DNA of 64,000 nucleotides, taken from positions 160,001 through 224,000 of the IMG/VR virus record IMGVR_UViG_3300037424_000434; one strand, given 5' to 3'. The DNA comes from a virus (taxonomy: Duplodnaviria; Caudoviricetes). The position numbers and the translations under genes were made by a program. Below are positions 29,961 through 38,569 of the stretch, piece after piece. Below the pieces are notes generated by a model. It made no database searches, had not been told where the DNA came from, and saw only the letters and a program-made list of their open reading frames with translations. How positions within the stretch are numbered: position 1 is the first letter of the stretch; every line of letters starts with the position of its first letter.

Positions 29961-30037
29961 TGGAACCGGGACGGGTTGATATTGGGAACTTGCCGAAAAA
30001 CAAAGCAGAAGAATATATCAAAAAAGGATTATATTGA
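29960..30037 (+). CDS. 25-aa micro-ORF carrying a portal (gp20)-like motif
   Basis: MEPGRVDIGNLPKNKAEEYIKKGLY; AAGGAG RBS, TAATG and TGATG coupling. Confidence 0.55.
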   Translation: MEPGRVDIGNLPKNKAEEYIKKGLY

Positions 30038-30888
30038 TGAAGATATCCGTTAATAACATTGATTCCTTGTTGAGAGTTGAACTTAGCAAAATTGCTAGTA
30101 TTGTCGATATTGATGATGCTAGCAATGGTCTTTTTCTTATATGGACCAATGCAGACGAAAAGGAGATGTTTGACAGGCAGACCCACCTGATCACAACTGC
30201 TATCAACAAAAAGATGCCTATCATTATTTTTGACAAATATCAAACCATGGACCCGGATGAAATATCGTTTATGATGAAGTCAGGGGTTTTTCTGTGGGAA
30301 CCTGCTGTGGCTGATAGGATGTTCTTTTCATTTCAGCCTGTTTGGGGTAGGTTGCGGTTAACACCCCAAGACATTCCATGGGACTTTGATTCGGAAAAAA
30401 GACCCATAGATCTCGCGTATATGTCATCGATGATACAAAAAATGCCCACGTTCAAAAAATACTTCGCTCCCATCGCAGAGATTGGCGAATTTAGAGTTTA
30501 CTATTTCGACAAGATTGGGAGCGAGAACATTAACAGAAAGATAGAAGAAATCGGTGTTACAGTGGGGCCTCAGACCAATATCAACAAAACAAAAATGACG
30601 CTTTTACTGGGAACCGATCAAGATTATAGAGTTGGCAGACTTGACCCCAAATTATTTGAGTATCTTGAGGCTGGTATAGTTCCAATGTTACCCGTGGAGC
30701 ATAGATGGTATCATAGTGTTTTTAGAGATTTGACCGTTGATGGCGAAGATCAAATCGAATATTTTCTCCGAACAGTTGACAGGATAGGCTTTGGGTCAGT
30801 CTATGAGATATACCAGAACATCAACGACAACTTACCCGAAGCGGATGTGATTAATGTGGCAAAGAGAATAAAGACCTTTTTTGAATAA
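30037..30888 (+). CDS. GT-B glycosyltransferase-like protein
   Basis: RPIDLAYMSS and KMTLLLG..GRLDPKLFEYLEAGIVPML resemble GT-B C-terminal domains such as T4 BGT. Confidence 0.45.
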   Translation: MKISVNNIDSLLRVELSKIASIVDIDDASNGLFLIWTNADEKEMFDRQTHLITTAINKKMPIIIFDKYQTMDPDEISFMMKSGVFLWEPAVADRMFFSFQPVWGRLRLTPQDIPWDFDSEKRPIDLAYMSSMIQKMPTFKKYFAPIAEIGEFRVYYFDKIGSENINRKIEEIGVTVGPQTNINKTKMTLLLGTDQDYRVGRLDPKLFEYLEAGIVPMLPVEHRWYHSVFRDLTVDGEDQIEYFLRTVDRIGFGSVYEIYQNINDNLPEADVINVAKRIKTFFE

Positions 30889-30891
30889 AAC

Positions 30892-30919
30892 AAAAGCCCC
30901 TAGAAGATTAGGGGCTTTT
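30892..30919 (+). terminator. Intrinsic terminator
   Basis: aaaagcccct-N8-aggggctttt. Confidence 0.85.
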
Positions 30920-31037
30920 AATTTGATAACCTAAATACCTAAAATCAAAAGATTTTTCGCTTTTTTGTTTACATCAAAGACAAAGTATGTCATGCTTGTA
31001 TATGTTACAATTGCGAATAAAAGGAAAAGGTGATTTT

Positions 31038-31346
31038 ATGGAATTTAAGTACACGGACAAAGGCACGTGTTTGATTGAGATAAACACGAGTGTGTATATG
31101 TCGTTCGGTGATGCAGAAGAAATTCGATTTGTCCATGTTAAGTATTCAACTCCCCACACTTCGATATCACGGATGTTTCCTATACCGCTATCAAAACTAC
31201 CAAAGGACTGTACCACATCTTTTGGCAAAAAGAACATCAAACAGATTAGAGAGCTATTGCAAAAATTTTCTGTTGGCGGTACTCTGGACAGAAAACATCT
31301 AAAGAAAATCGGAGACGCTATAAATCGTGCAGAAAAAAGTAAATGA
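31038..31346 (+). CDS. Hypothetical protein
   Basis: ATG 31038 follows AAGG RBS. Confidence 0.55.
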   Translation: MEFKYTDKGTCLIEINTSVYMSFGDAEEIRFVHVKYSTPHTSISRMFPIPLSKLPKDCTTSFGKKNIKQIRELLQKFSVGGTLDRKHLKKIGDAINRAEKSK

Positions 31347-31542
31347 TTGTTTGTATATCAGACCCTCCATTGAAAGCATTGACCTTGCAAAAGAAATATG
31401 CGACACTCACCTATTTCTCACAACACATATCACAATGTTGAGTGTGAGAAATTTCCTAGTAATCATGCATGACCCAAACCATAGATGTTTTGTTTGTAAA
31501 CAGATCCATACCGCAAACAAAACAGAAAAAATTCTTTTTTAA
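31327..31542 (+). CDS. Hypothetical protein
   Basis: 71 aa, GGAG upstream. Confidence 0.35.
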   Translation: MQKKVNDCLYIRPSIESIDLAKEICDTHLFLTTHITMLSVRNFLVIMHDPNHRCFVCKQIHTANKTEKILF

Positions 31543-31560
31543 AGTAACCTGTATTTTTTG

Positions 31561-31589
31561 TTGACAGGGCAGGATTTTGGTGTTATGGT
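31561..31589 (+). promoter_or_regulatory. Sigma70 promoter, TTGACA class
   Basis: TTGACA-N17-TATGGT after T-tract. Confidence 0.65.
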
Positions 31590-31629
31590 GTAGTTGTGGT
31601 TAACGAAATCCCAAACAAAAGGACAAAAA

Positions 31630-31761
31630 ATGAAAGCATTTTCTGGTGAACTTGGCCAAGGTCGCAAGGTCTCTTCTGAGTATGAAAAAGAATTAGCTCT
31701 TATCAAAGAGATGAAAGCTAAAGGGGAAACCCCCTACAGAAACCTTGTTCACGTGGTCTAA
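31630..31761 (+). CDS. 43-aa hypothetical protein
   Basis: [18 protein letters not shown]...; AAGGA RBS; not in ORF track. Confidence 0.5.
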   Translation: MKAFSGELGQGRKVSSEYEKELALIKEMKAKGETPYRNLVHVV

Positions 31762-31776
31762 GAAAGGACTAATGTA

Positions 31777-33987
31777 ATGAATCGTTGGAACACAAATAAC
31801 ATGCAGGTGTCGCGTCCAGAACCTTTTCGGGTTGAAGTTCTCGATGAAGAAATGGATACCAAGGTCATTAATGATTTTCTCTTAAAGTTTGGTCGTGATC
31901 TGGTAGCAGAAGCCCGACAAGGAAACCAAGATCCGGTTATCGGGCGTGATGATGAGATTCGCCGGGTAGTTCGTATTCTGTCACGAAAAACAAAAAACAA
32001 TCCTATTCTGATTGGAGAACCCGGTGTTGGCAAAACCGCCATTGTCGAAGGTTTGGCTCAACGGATTGTTAGGGGCGATGTACCGAACTCAATGAAAGAT
32101 AAGTATATTTATGCACTCGATCTTGGGTCACTGATGGCCGGTGCCAGTATGCAAGGAGAACTCGAAAAACGAGTCAAGGATATCTTGGACTACATCAAAG
32201 GCCAAGACGGACAAATCATGTTATTCATCGATGAAATCCATAGCATGGTGGGTATGGGAGCGGGCAACGGTGTAGATATGGGCAACATGCTCAAGCCAAT
32301 GTTGGCTCGTGGGGAACTTCGTTGTATCGGTGCTACCACCTTGGATGAGTACCGAGAAAATGTGGAAAAAGATGCCGCATTGGAAAGACGATTTCAAACC
32401 ATTATCGTGGATCAACCGAGTGTTGAAGATACGATTTCAATGCTTCGTGGGCTGAAGTCTAGATACGAAGTTTATCATGGAGTTACTATTCGTGATACGG
32501 CTTTGGTTGTTGCGGCTGAGCTATCCCATAGGTATATCTCGGACCGGTTTCTACCAGACAAAGCAATTGATCTTGTTGACGAGGCATGTGCTATGGTTCG
32601 GACTGAGCTTGACTCGAATCCGGCAGAACTTGACGGAATGCTCCGTAAAATCCAACAACTTAAAATCGAGGAAAGCGCGTTAACAGGCGAACCTGACCAA
32701 AGTTCGGCGGATCGATTGATTGCTATCCAAGCGGAAATTTCCGGACTAACCCCGATTGCAGATGATATGACCACTCGCTGGACGAATGAGAAGGCGCTAA
32801 TCTTGAGTGTTACCACTCTTCGAAAAAACCTGTCCACTGCCAGAAAAGAGCTTGAAACCTGTCAGCGACAAGAAGAATTGGAACGTGCGGGGGAACTTCA
32901 GTACGGCCTGATTCCCCAAATGGAATCCGAAGTTCATAATGCCGAAGAAGCATTGTCGGCTCTTAATGGTTCCGCTCTGTGCCATGACGCGATCAATGAA
33001 GATGAGATTGCGCAAGTGGTTTCTCGTTGGACGGGAATTCCCGTCTCCCGCCTGACCGAGGGAGAGATCGAAAAGATTCTTGGTCTCCGAGCAAAAATGG
33101 GTGGTCAGGTGATTGGCCAAGAGGAAGCAATAGAATCAGTGTCTGATGCTATCATTCGTTCTCGCTCTGGCATTAAAGACCCCGCCCGCCCTATTGGATC
33201 GTTCATCTTTCTTGGACCCACTGGGGTGGGAAAAACTGAGTTGGCAAAATGTTTGACTCGCGAAATGTTTGACACTGAACAAAATATGATTCGGGTTGAT
33301 ATGTCTGAATATATGGAAAAACATAGTGTGGCACGGTTAATTGGTGCTCCTCCCGGTTATATCGGATACAATGAGGGTGGCCAGCTTACCGAAGCGGTAC
33401 GCCGCAAACCATTTTCAGTGATCCTGTTTGATGAAATTGAAAAGGCGCACCCAGATGTCTTTAATACCCTCCTTCAGATCCTTGATGATGGACGTTGCAC
33501 TGATGGCCATGGCAGAACAGTTAGTTTCAAAAATACCATTATCATCATGACCAGCAATATCGGTTCACAGCCTCTTATTACAGGGATTGACGGTTCTGGT
33601 CACATTAAAGAGGCGGCACGTGACAAGGTTATGGACGAACTTAAGAGGGGGTTCCGACCCGAGTTCCTTAATCGGATTGATGATATCATCCTCTTTAAGC
33701 CATTGGGTATGGCTGAAATCAAGGTTATTATTGAATTGATGCTCCAAGATATCCGTGATCGGTTATCTGGTCGCAGGATTGACATACAGTTGACAGATGT
33801 GGCCAAAGAGTTTGTTGCTGAAGTAGCATATGATCCAATCTATGGCGCTCGTCCCCTGAAAAGATTTTTGATCCACAACCTCGAAACCGAAATCGGGAAA
33901 GCCCTTCTCCGGGGAATTGTAAAAGACGGTGATATCATTCAAGTTGATGCTAATAGAGAAGATGGTTTGGTTATTAGCGTAGTTTAA
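31777..33987 (+). CDS. clpB: ClpB-like AAA+ disaggregase lacking the N-terminal domain
   Basis: [14 protein letters not shown], coiled-coil middle domain, [38 protein letters not shown]. Confidence 0.95.
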   Translation: MNRWNTNNMQVSRPEPFRVEVLDEEMDTKVINDFLLKFGRDLVAEARQGNQDPVIGRDDEIRRVVRILSRKTKNNPILIGEPGVGKTAIVEGLAQRIVRGDVPNSMKDKYIYALDLGSLMAGASMQGELEKRVKDILDYIKGQDGQIMLFIDEIHSMVGMGAGNGVDMGNMLKPMLARGELRCIGATTLDEYRENVEKDAALERRFQTIIVDQPSVEDTISMLRGLKSRYEVYHGVTIRDTALVVAAELSHRYISDRFLPDKAIDLVDEACAMVRTELDSNPAELDGMLRKIQQLKIEESALTGEPDQSSADRLIAIQAEISGLTPIADDMTTRWTNEKALILSVTTLRKNLSTARKELETCQRQEELERAGELQYGLIPQMESEVHNAEEALSALNGSALCHDAINEDEIAQVVSRWTGIPVSRLTEGEIEKILGLRAKMGGQVIGQEEAIESVSDAIIRSRSGIKDPARPIGSFIFLGPTGVGKTELAKCLTREMFDTEQNMIRVDMSEYMEKHSVARLIGAPPGYIGYNEGGQLTEAVRRKPFSVILFDEIEKAHPDVFNTLLQILDDGRCTDGHGRTVSFKNTIIIMTSNIGSQPLITGIDGSGHIKEAARDKVMDELKRGFRPEFLNRIDDIILFKPLGMAEIKVIIELMLQDIRDRLSGRRIDIQLTDVAKEFVAEVAYDPIYGARPLKRFLIHNLETEIGKALLRGIVKDGDIIQVDANREDGLVISVV

Positions 33988-33997
33988 TAAAACCAAA

Positions 33998-34040
33998 GAA
34001 TGTTTGCGTTCACGAACAATGTCATTAAACGCAAACATTC
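33998..34040 (+). terminator. 13-bp inverted repeat after clpB
   Basis: gaatgtttgcgtt / aacgcaaacattc. Confidence 0.6.
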
Positions 34041-34129
34041 CACCTTTTACCAAAATTAACCTTGACATATATAAGTAATCTATGGTACTGTTGGACTATA
34101 AAGATAACCCATACAAAGGAGAAACAACA

Positions 34130-34999
34130 ATGACAATTTCTACCCCTAACGTTAATCCATTTTTTCCGGTCGAGCGTCAAAAACTTTTTGCCTCATTCGA
34201 GGACGAGCAAGTATATGTTGACCGGGATGGTTTGCTGAATGCCGAAACCGGTGGTGTCTTGGGCACGGTTGGTGTCAAGTATAAACTGGTGCCGAATGCC
34301 GAAGTTAATTCTATCTTCGAGGAGGCTTTTCAAAATCTTCCCGTTGAATTCACTAAAGACCATTTGAACTCAAACGAGTCACGCTGGCAACGTGATATCA
34401 TTCTTGATGGTGATCAGTTTACCCGCACCATTGGATTGAATGATGTGGTTAAGACTAAAATCTCGGTTTGGAATGGTTATGATGGTCGTACCGGGGTTGG
34501 GTTTGCCCTTTCAGCATACCGCCAAATCTGCGAAAACGGCATGATGGGATGGAGAAAAATGTTCGGTTCAAATCTGCCGCATCTTGGACCCCACGTTATC
34601 ACCAAGATCCAACGGGATTTTGATAAATCATTCCAAGGATTTCAACAGAATTTTGATGTCTGGGAGTCAATGGCCAATCAACGATTCACCCATATCGATT
34701 TCAAGAACTTTATCGAGTCTCGGGTCAAACGTACCAACGATGCAGGTAAGGTTATTGGGTACTTGAGTGATCGTCAAGCTGACGCAATCACCGATCAATA
34801 CGCTCCGATTCTGAACAAATACCGTGACGACGAGACTCGCTGGGCGAGTCTGAATGTCATCACAGCGATTGCAACCCATCACACGGAGGCGCGCGAAGGT
34901 GGTTCGAGTATCTTCTCAGCGGGATATTCAAGGCTTGAGAAATTGGCTCAAGACTTCATGACATTCGATGCAAACTCTGATCTTTTTGTGGTGAGTTAA
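34130..34999 (+). CDS. DUF932-like protein
   Basis: LGTVGVKYKLVPN...WNGYDG...RQICENGM motif; AAGGAG RBS. Confidence 0.75.
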   Translation: MTISTPNVNPFFPVERQKLFASFEDEQVYVDRDGLLNAETGGVLGTVGVKYKLVPNAEVNSIFEEAFQNLPVEFTKDHLNSNESRWQRDIILDGDQFTRTIGLNDVVKTKISVWNGYDGRTGVGFALSAYRQICENGMMGWRKMFGSNLPHLGPHVITKIQRDFDKSFQGFQQNFDVWESMANQRFTHIDFKNFIESRVKRTNDAGKVIGYLSDRQADAITDQYAPILNKYRDDETRWASLNVITAIATHHTEAREGGSSIFSAGYSRLEKLAQDFMTFDANSDLFVVS

Positions 35000-35050
35000 T
35001 GATGGAGAGAGTGGACACTAAATAAACCACTAATCATCGCTTGATTTGAA

Positions 35051-35083
35051 TATAAATACTCCTAGTGAAAGCTGGGGGTATTT
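35051..35083 (+). promoter_or_regulatory. Late promoter TATAAATA overlapping an RBS-sequestering hairpin
   Basis: TATAAATA 35051-58; aaatactcctag / ctgggggtattt stem. Confidence 0.75.
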
Positions 35084-35087
35084 TTTT

Positions 35088-35345
35088 ATGACAAAATGTG
35101 ACATTTGTTCTACATTAGCGTATACAGAGAAACACCACATAGTATCAAAATCATGTGGAGGTTCTAACGCAAAACATAACATAACCCATATATGTTCAAT
35201 CTGCCATGGATTGGTTCATCGTGGTGTCCGGGTCATAGAGGGCAAATTCATGACATCTGATGGTATAAAAGTTATCTGGCATGACATAGACGAGGACACA
35301 ATAACAGGTAGAGAACCAGAGGTTTATGTGATGGGCAAGAAATAA
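35088..35345 (+). CDS. HNH endonuclease
   Basis: CDIC..EKHHIVSKSCGGSN..NITHICSICHGLVH. Confidence 0.85.
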   Translation: MTKCDICSTLAYTEKHHIVSKSCGGSNAKHNITHICSICHGLVHRGVRVIEGKFMTSDGIKVIWHDIDEDTITGREPEVYVMGKK

Positions 35346-35377
35346 TTAAAATTTTTTTCAGAAAAATAGAAAATTTT

Positions 35378-35385
35378 TATAAATA
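35378..35385 (+). promoter_or_regulatory. Late promoter TATAAATA
   Basis: Exact consensus in AT-rich intergenic DNA. Confidence 0.6.
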
Positions 35386-35422
35386 GAAGTAAGAAAGAAA
35401 AAAAACAGGAGATCAAACTTAC

Positions 35423-35533
35423 ATGTTTAGTATACATTTACAACCATTGTCAACCACATGTAATTCGGGCAAACCCGAGGCGGCACTCGTACGCTTTCAG
35501 GATAGTTGGAATTATATTACGGGGCAAATGTAA
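35423..35533 (+). CDS. 36-aa micro-ORF
   Basis: MFSIHLQPLSTTCNSGKPEAALVRFQDSWNYITGQM; AGGAG 11 nt upstream. Confidence 0.35.
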   Translation: MFSIHLQPLSTTCNSGKPEAALVRFQDSWNYITGQM

Positions 35534-35626
35534 ATGGTCTAAAGTTGAAGCATATATTCTTTAATGAGCCATTTACATGAGAACTGTAGATGGCTTTTGT
35601 TTTTGTAGGTCTTTGATAATTGAATA

Positions 35627-35655
35627 TTGACATGTAGTAAAAAGCATGATACTCT
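35627..35655 (+). promoter_or_regulatory. Sigma70 promoter, TTGACA class
   Basis: TTGACA-N17-TACTCT with TG extension. Confidence 0.6.
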
Positions 35656-35662
35656 ATAAACC

Positions 35663-35977
35663 ATGATAAATGTATGTTTTTGGTGTAATAGAGCTAAAGC
35701 TGAAGAGCAGGCAGGACAACCCGTTTATACTGACTATGAATTTTGTCCCTTATGTAAGAAGATATGTGAACAAGGAATAACCATAATTCAAGTCACAACC
35801 GAGTCTAATGGCAATCCGCCCGTCAGGGATGGTCTTTGTCCTACAGGTAAATGGGTTGTGGTATCAGAAAAAGAATTGGTGAGAGTATTGACAGACTCAC
35901 CAATTCTTGATACCATCCTGCTTGCTCGACAGTTATATGTAAACAAAAATGATTGGGGGAGCCTAAAACTCCCTTAA
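35663..35977 (+). CDS. Hypothetical protein (two CxxC)
   Basis: CFWC and CPLC motifs. Confidence 0.6.
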   Translation: MINVCFWCNRAKAEEQAGQPVYTDYEFCPLCKKICEQGITIIQVTTESNGNPPVRDGLCPTGKWVVVSEKELVRVLTDSPILDTILLARQLYVNKNDWGSLKLP

Positions 35978-35988
35978 AGGAGACCAAC

Positions 35989-36936
35989 GTGTTTAAAAAA
36001 TATTGTTCGATCACACATCATTACAACTCAAAGTATATTTCCAAGTGGATAACATATCATCCAGAACTGAAAGATGCTATGTACGTCGTTCACGAAAAAG
36101 TGGATGGATCTAATCTTCAGTTGATTTTTCGGCCAGAAGATAGTTTGGTTTATGCTAGCCGTAAGATGATCCTTGAACCCGAAGACGGGTTCAATGGGGT
36201 TAGACAAGTAATTGAGGGTATTTGGGATAATGGTCTTTGGCATATTCAGGAATATTCTCGTATAGAGAATGTAGTCGTGCGGTTGTATGGTGAATTCTTT
36301 GGACCCAAAATTCAAGGTAGAGTAGATTATGGACCAAACAAAGGGTTCCTGATCTTTGACATAGAAGTTGATGGATTCTGGCTGAGCCCAAGGGAAGTGG
36401 AAGACTTTCTATATGATTTGAAGTGCGATCATTTGATGGTTCCGGTCATAGCCTATGCCCATTCCCTTGAAGAGGCCTTGGAGTGTAACGTAAATTTAAA
36501 TTCTATGTTGACAAAGGCCGAGGGTGGTACTAATATAATGGAAGGTGGGGTAATCAAACCATATGAATTAGTTATTAGAACATCGGAAGGTTCAACATTC
36601 TATTTAAAAAAGACGAATAACGAATTCTCCGAGAAGTCTACAACCAAACCATGGAGGCAACTAGATGGGAGTAATACTCCAGAAGTTGTATCATGGCGCG
36701 ACACCTTCTGTCAGTATTTGAATGACAACCGGGTACTTTCGGTTTTTAGTAAATACGGTGAGATCGAAAAATCTGGCCAGATGGGGGATTATATTAGATA
36801 TATTCTCCAAGACGCCAAAGAATCCTTTTTAGAGGAAGAGACCGATTTTGATATCAATGAATATACGAAAGATGAATATAAGTTCATAACAAACGGTGGT
36901 AACGCCGTGGCGATGTTGCTTAAAAAATATCTATAG
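35989..36936 (+). CDS. RNA ligase, Rnl2 family
   Basis: HEKVDGSN motif I, YGEFFG, FDI, EGGVIKP, LKK; Rnl2-type C-terminus; GTG start after AAGGAG. Confidence 0.88.
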   Translation: MFKKYCSITHHYNSKYISKWITYHPELKDAMYVVHEKVDGSNLQLIFRPEDSLVYASRKMILEPEDGFNGVRQVIEGIWDNGLWHIQEYSRIENVVVRLYGEFFGPKIQGRVDYGPNKGFLIFDIEVDGFWLSPREVEDFLYDLKCDHLMVPVIAYAHSLEEALECNVNLNSMLTKAEGGTNIMEGGVIKPYELVIRTSEGSTFYLKKTNNEFSEKSTTKPWRQLDGSNTPEVVSWRDTFCQYLNDNRVLSVFSKYGEIEKSGQMGDYIRYILQDAKESFLEEETDFDINEYTKDEYKFITNGGNAVAMLLKKYL

Positions 36937-36973
36937 ACCAGTGAATAGTCTTGTGGGGATTCACAAAAAGCAT

Positions 36974-37044
36974 AGGGGCTTGGTGTAGTGGAAACATAAC
37001 CGACTTTGAATCAGTTGCCGAGAGTTCGATTCTCTCAGCCCCCG
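36974..37044 (+). tRNA. tRNA-Gln(TTG), no encoded CCA
   Basis: Cloverleaf, loop CTTTGAA. Confidence 0.8.
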
Positions 37045-37065
37045 GTAATTTGTGAAAGGATTGTC

Positions 37066-37611
37066 ATGACCAAACAGTATGAAGTATCTATAACCGTGAG
37101 ATCTGGGGAAGGAGTGATGGATAAAATCAGAGCACTGAGAGGGGTGTTTTCTTTTATACATCCATCGACAGGCGAAACCCAGTTTATGTTGAGTTTGAAG
37201 GAATCTTTCTGGTTAATTAATGAAGCACGTGATGGGGGTGTAATTTTATATTTATCCCCAAAAACGGCATTGGAACTCTCAGAAAAGGGATTTATAGTTA
37301 AACAACCAAATAACATATCCAAAGGTATTGTCGATGATGGCAGTGAGGAAATAATCACAGTTAGAATATATAAAGAAAATGATGGACTTAAGATCCAAGC
37401 AGTCAGAACCATACGTGCCGCACTTGGATATGGACTGATAGAATCAAAAGATTTGATTGAGGAAATTTGGCAAGACCGCGAACCGGTGGTTGTGGTTATG
37501 ACAAAAAGAGAGGCAACGATATTAATTGATGGTGGATTCGTGGTGGAGATTTTTCCCCCAGACACTGGACCTAACCATTTTGAACCAGATTTATTTGAAA
37601 TGTTCCCTTAG
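37066..37611 (+). CDS. Protein with two ribosomal bL12 C-terminal-like modules
   Basis: KIQAVRTIRAALGYGLIESKDLIE matches bL12 CTD pattern; degenerate N-terminal copy; track start 37006 lies inside tRNA-Gln. Confidence 0.6.
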   Translation: MTKQYEVSITVRSGEGVMDKIRALRGVFSFIHPSTGETQFMLSLKESFWLINEARDGGVILYLSPKTALELSEKGFIVKQPNNISKGIVDDGSEEIITVRIYKENDGLKIQAVRTIRAALGYGLIESKDLIEEIWQDREPVVVVMTKREATILIDGGFVVEIFPPDTGPNHFEPDLFEMFP

Positions 37612-37675
37612 TCTAATGGTAGGGCGGTGAGTTGCAACCTCACAAGCAACGGTTCGATTCCGTTAGGGAATTCCA
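37602..37675 (+). tRNA. tRNA-Cys(GCA)
   Basis: Cloverleaf, U73, CCA; overlaps stop codon of upstream ORF. Confidence 0.85.
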
Positions 37676-37730
37676 ATAGCAAGGTAAAGGAGGGTTTGAT
37701 TCCCTCCATGTCCCCACTAAGGAGAATTAT

Positions 37731-37880
37731 ATGGATGATTCACAGTTTTATAGAAAAATTAATGATCGTTCATGTAACAGTTCTACGTATCATAAGAAGG
37801 ATGGAACATCCGTTAGATCAAAATTGAAAGAGGAATTGAAAAAAATAAAAAAAGAGCTTGACAAAGAGGAATTGGTTTGA
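37731..37880 (+). CDS. 49-aa hypothetical protein
   Basis: MDDSQFYRKINDRSCN...; AAGGAG RBS. Confidence 0.5.
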   Translation: MDDSQFYRKINDRSCNSSTYHKKDGTSVRSKLKEELKKIKKELDKEELV

Positions 37881-37886
37881 TAGTAT
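37858..37886 (+). promoter_or_regulatory. Sigma70 promoter, TTGACA class
   Basis: TTGACA-N17-TAGTAT after A-tracts. Confidence 0.7.
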
Positions 37887-37944
37887 CCGTCTTAAGTTAA
37901 GCAACACGAAACAAAAATTTACGTTTTTTGATAACAGAATAAAT

Positions 37945-38023
37945 GGGTAGTGAGATTAAAATATGCTGGGCATATGTCAGCCTCCAAAACTGATTTTAAT
38001 GGGTTCGATTCCTACGCTACCCG
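37945..38023 (+). tRNA. tRNA-Trp(CCA), irregular D-arm, no CCA end
   Basis: gggtagt/gctaccc acceptor, loop CTCCAAA, T-loop TTCGATT. Confidence 0.6.
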
Positions 38024-38050
38024 CAAAAAACAAAAACGAAAAAATAAAGA

Positions 38051-38079
38051 TTGACATTTGGTGTGAGATGTGTTTTAAT
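38051..38079 (+). promoter_or_regulatory. Sigma70 promoter, TTGACA class
   Basis: TTGACA-N17-TTTAAT after A-tracts. Confidence 0.6.
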
Positions 38080-38105
38080 CCACCTCAGTTCAATAGAAAA
38101 GTTGT

Positions 38106-38184
38106 CGCGGTATAGGGAAGTTTGGTTGTTCCCGTTGGGTTCATATCCCAAAGATCATCGGTTCGAATCCGATTACCGCTCCCA
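38106..38184 (+). tRNA. tRNA-fMet(CAT)
   Basis: 1:72 mismatch, three G-C pairs in anticodon stem, CCA. Confidence 0.85.
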
Positions 38185-38192
38185 GTTGTTAT

Positions 38193-38270
38193 GCTCCTGT
38201 AGTCCAAATTGGAGAAGGACATTGCTCTTTCAAGGCAAGTACGAGGGTTCGATTCCCTTCAGGAGTACCA
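38193..38270 (+). tRNA. tRNA-Glu(TTC)
   Basis: Cloverleaf with CCA. Confidence 0.9.
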
Positions 38271-38273
38271 GTC

Positions 38274-38402
38274 GTTTTGGATAGTAGTTTAAATGACGAA
38301 GAACGTGCCCTTTAATATGGGCAAAGTGAGGAAAGTACCTCGTAAATCGCAGTACAGAAATGTACGCCGTGTTTAGGGAAACCGCCCTCCTATCCAAAAC
38401 CA
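38274..38402 (+). ncRNA. Unassigned structured RNA candidate
   Basis: 11-bp closing stem gttttggatag/ctatccaaaac, four internal hairpins, ends ACCA. Confidence 0.5.
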
Positions 38403-38407
38403 GTTTT

Positions 38408-38482
38408 GTCTCATTCGACTAGGGGTTAGGTCATTAGCCTCTCAAGCTAAAAACATGGGTTCGATTCCCATATGAGACACCA
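38408..38482 (+). tRNA. tRNA-Glu(CTC)
   Basis: Cloverleaf with CCA. Confidence 0.9.
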
Positions 38483-38569
38483 ATTGGAACAATGGCACGG
38501 TGATGGATGGTCTGTCTTGGTTGGATAAACATGAGTTCAGAGAAGAAAGAAAAAATAAGGAAATAGTTG

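Noticed and set aside
33998-34040. Mobile-element terminal inverted repeats
   Set aside because: Arms only 17 nt apart, directly after clpB; fits a terminator or stabilising hairpin, no transposase.
37006-37065. 5' extension of the bL12-like ORF
   Set aside because: Lies within tRNA-Gln; ATG 37066 has the AAAGGA RBS.
37685-37720. Additional tRNA (ggaggg-tttgatt-ccctcc)
   Set aside because: Only a T-arm-like remnant with no 5' half.
38274-38402. Bona fide RNase P RNA
   Set aside because: Too short, and no GG-CUU strand to form P4 with GAGGAAAGU; kept only as unassigned ncRNA.
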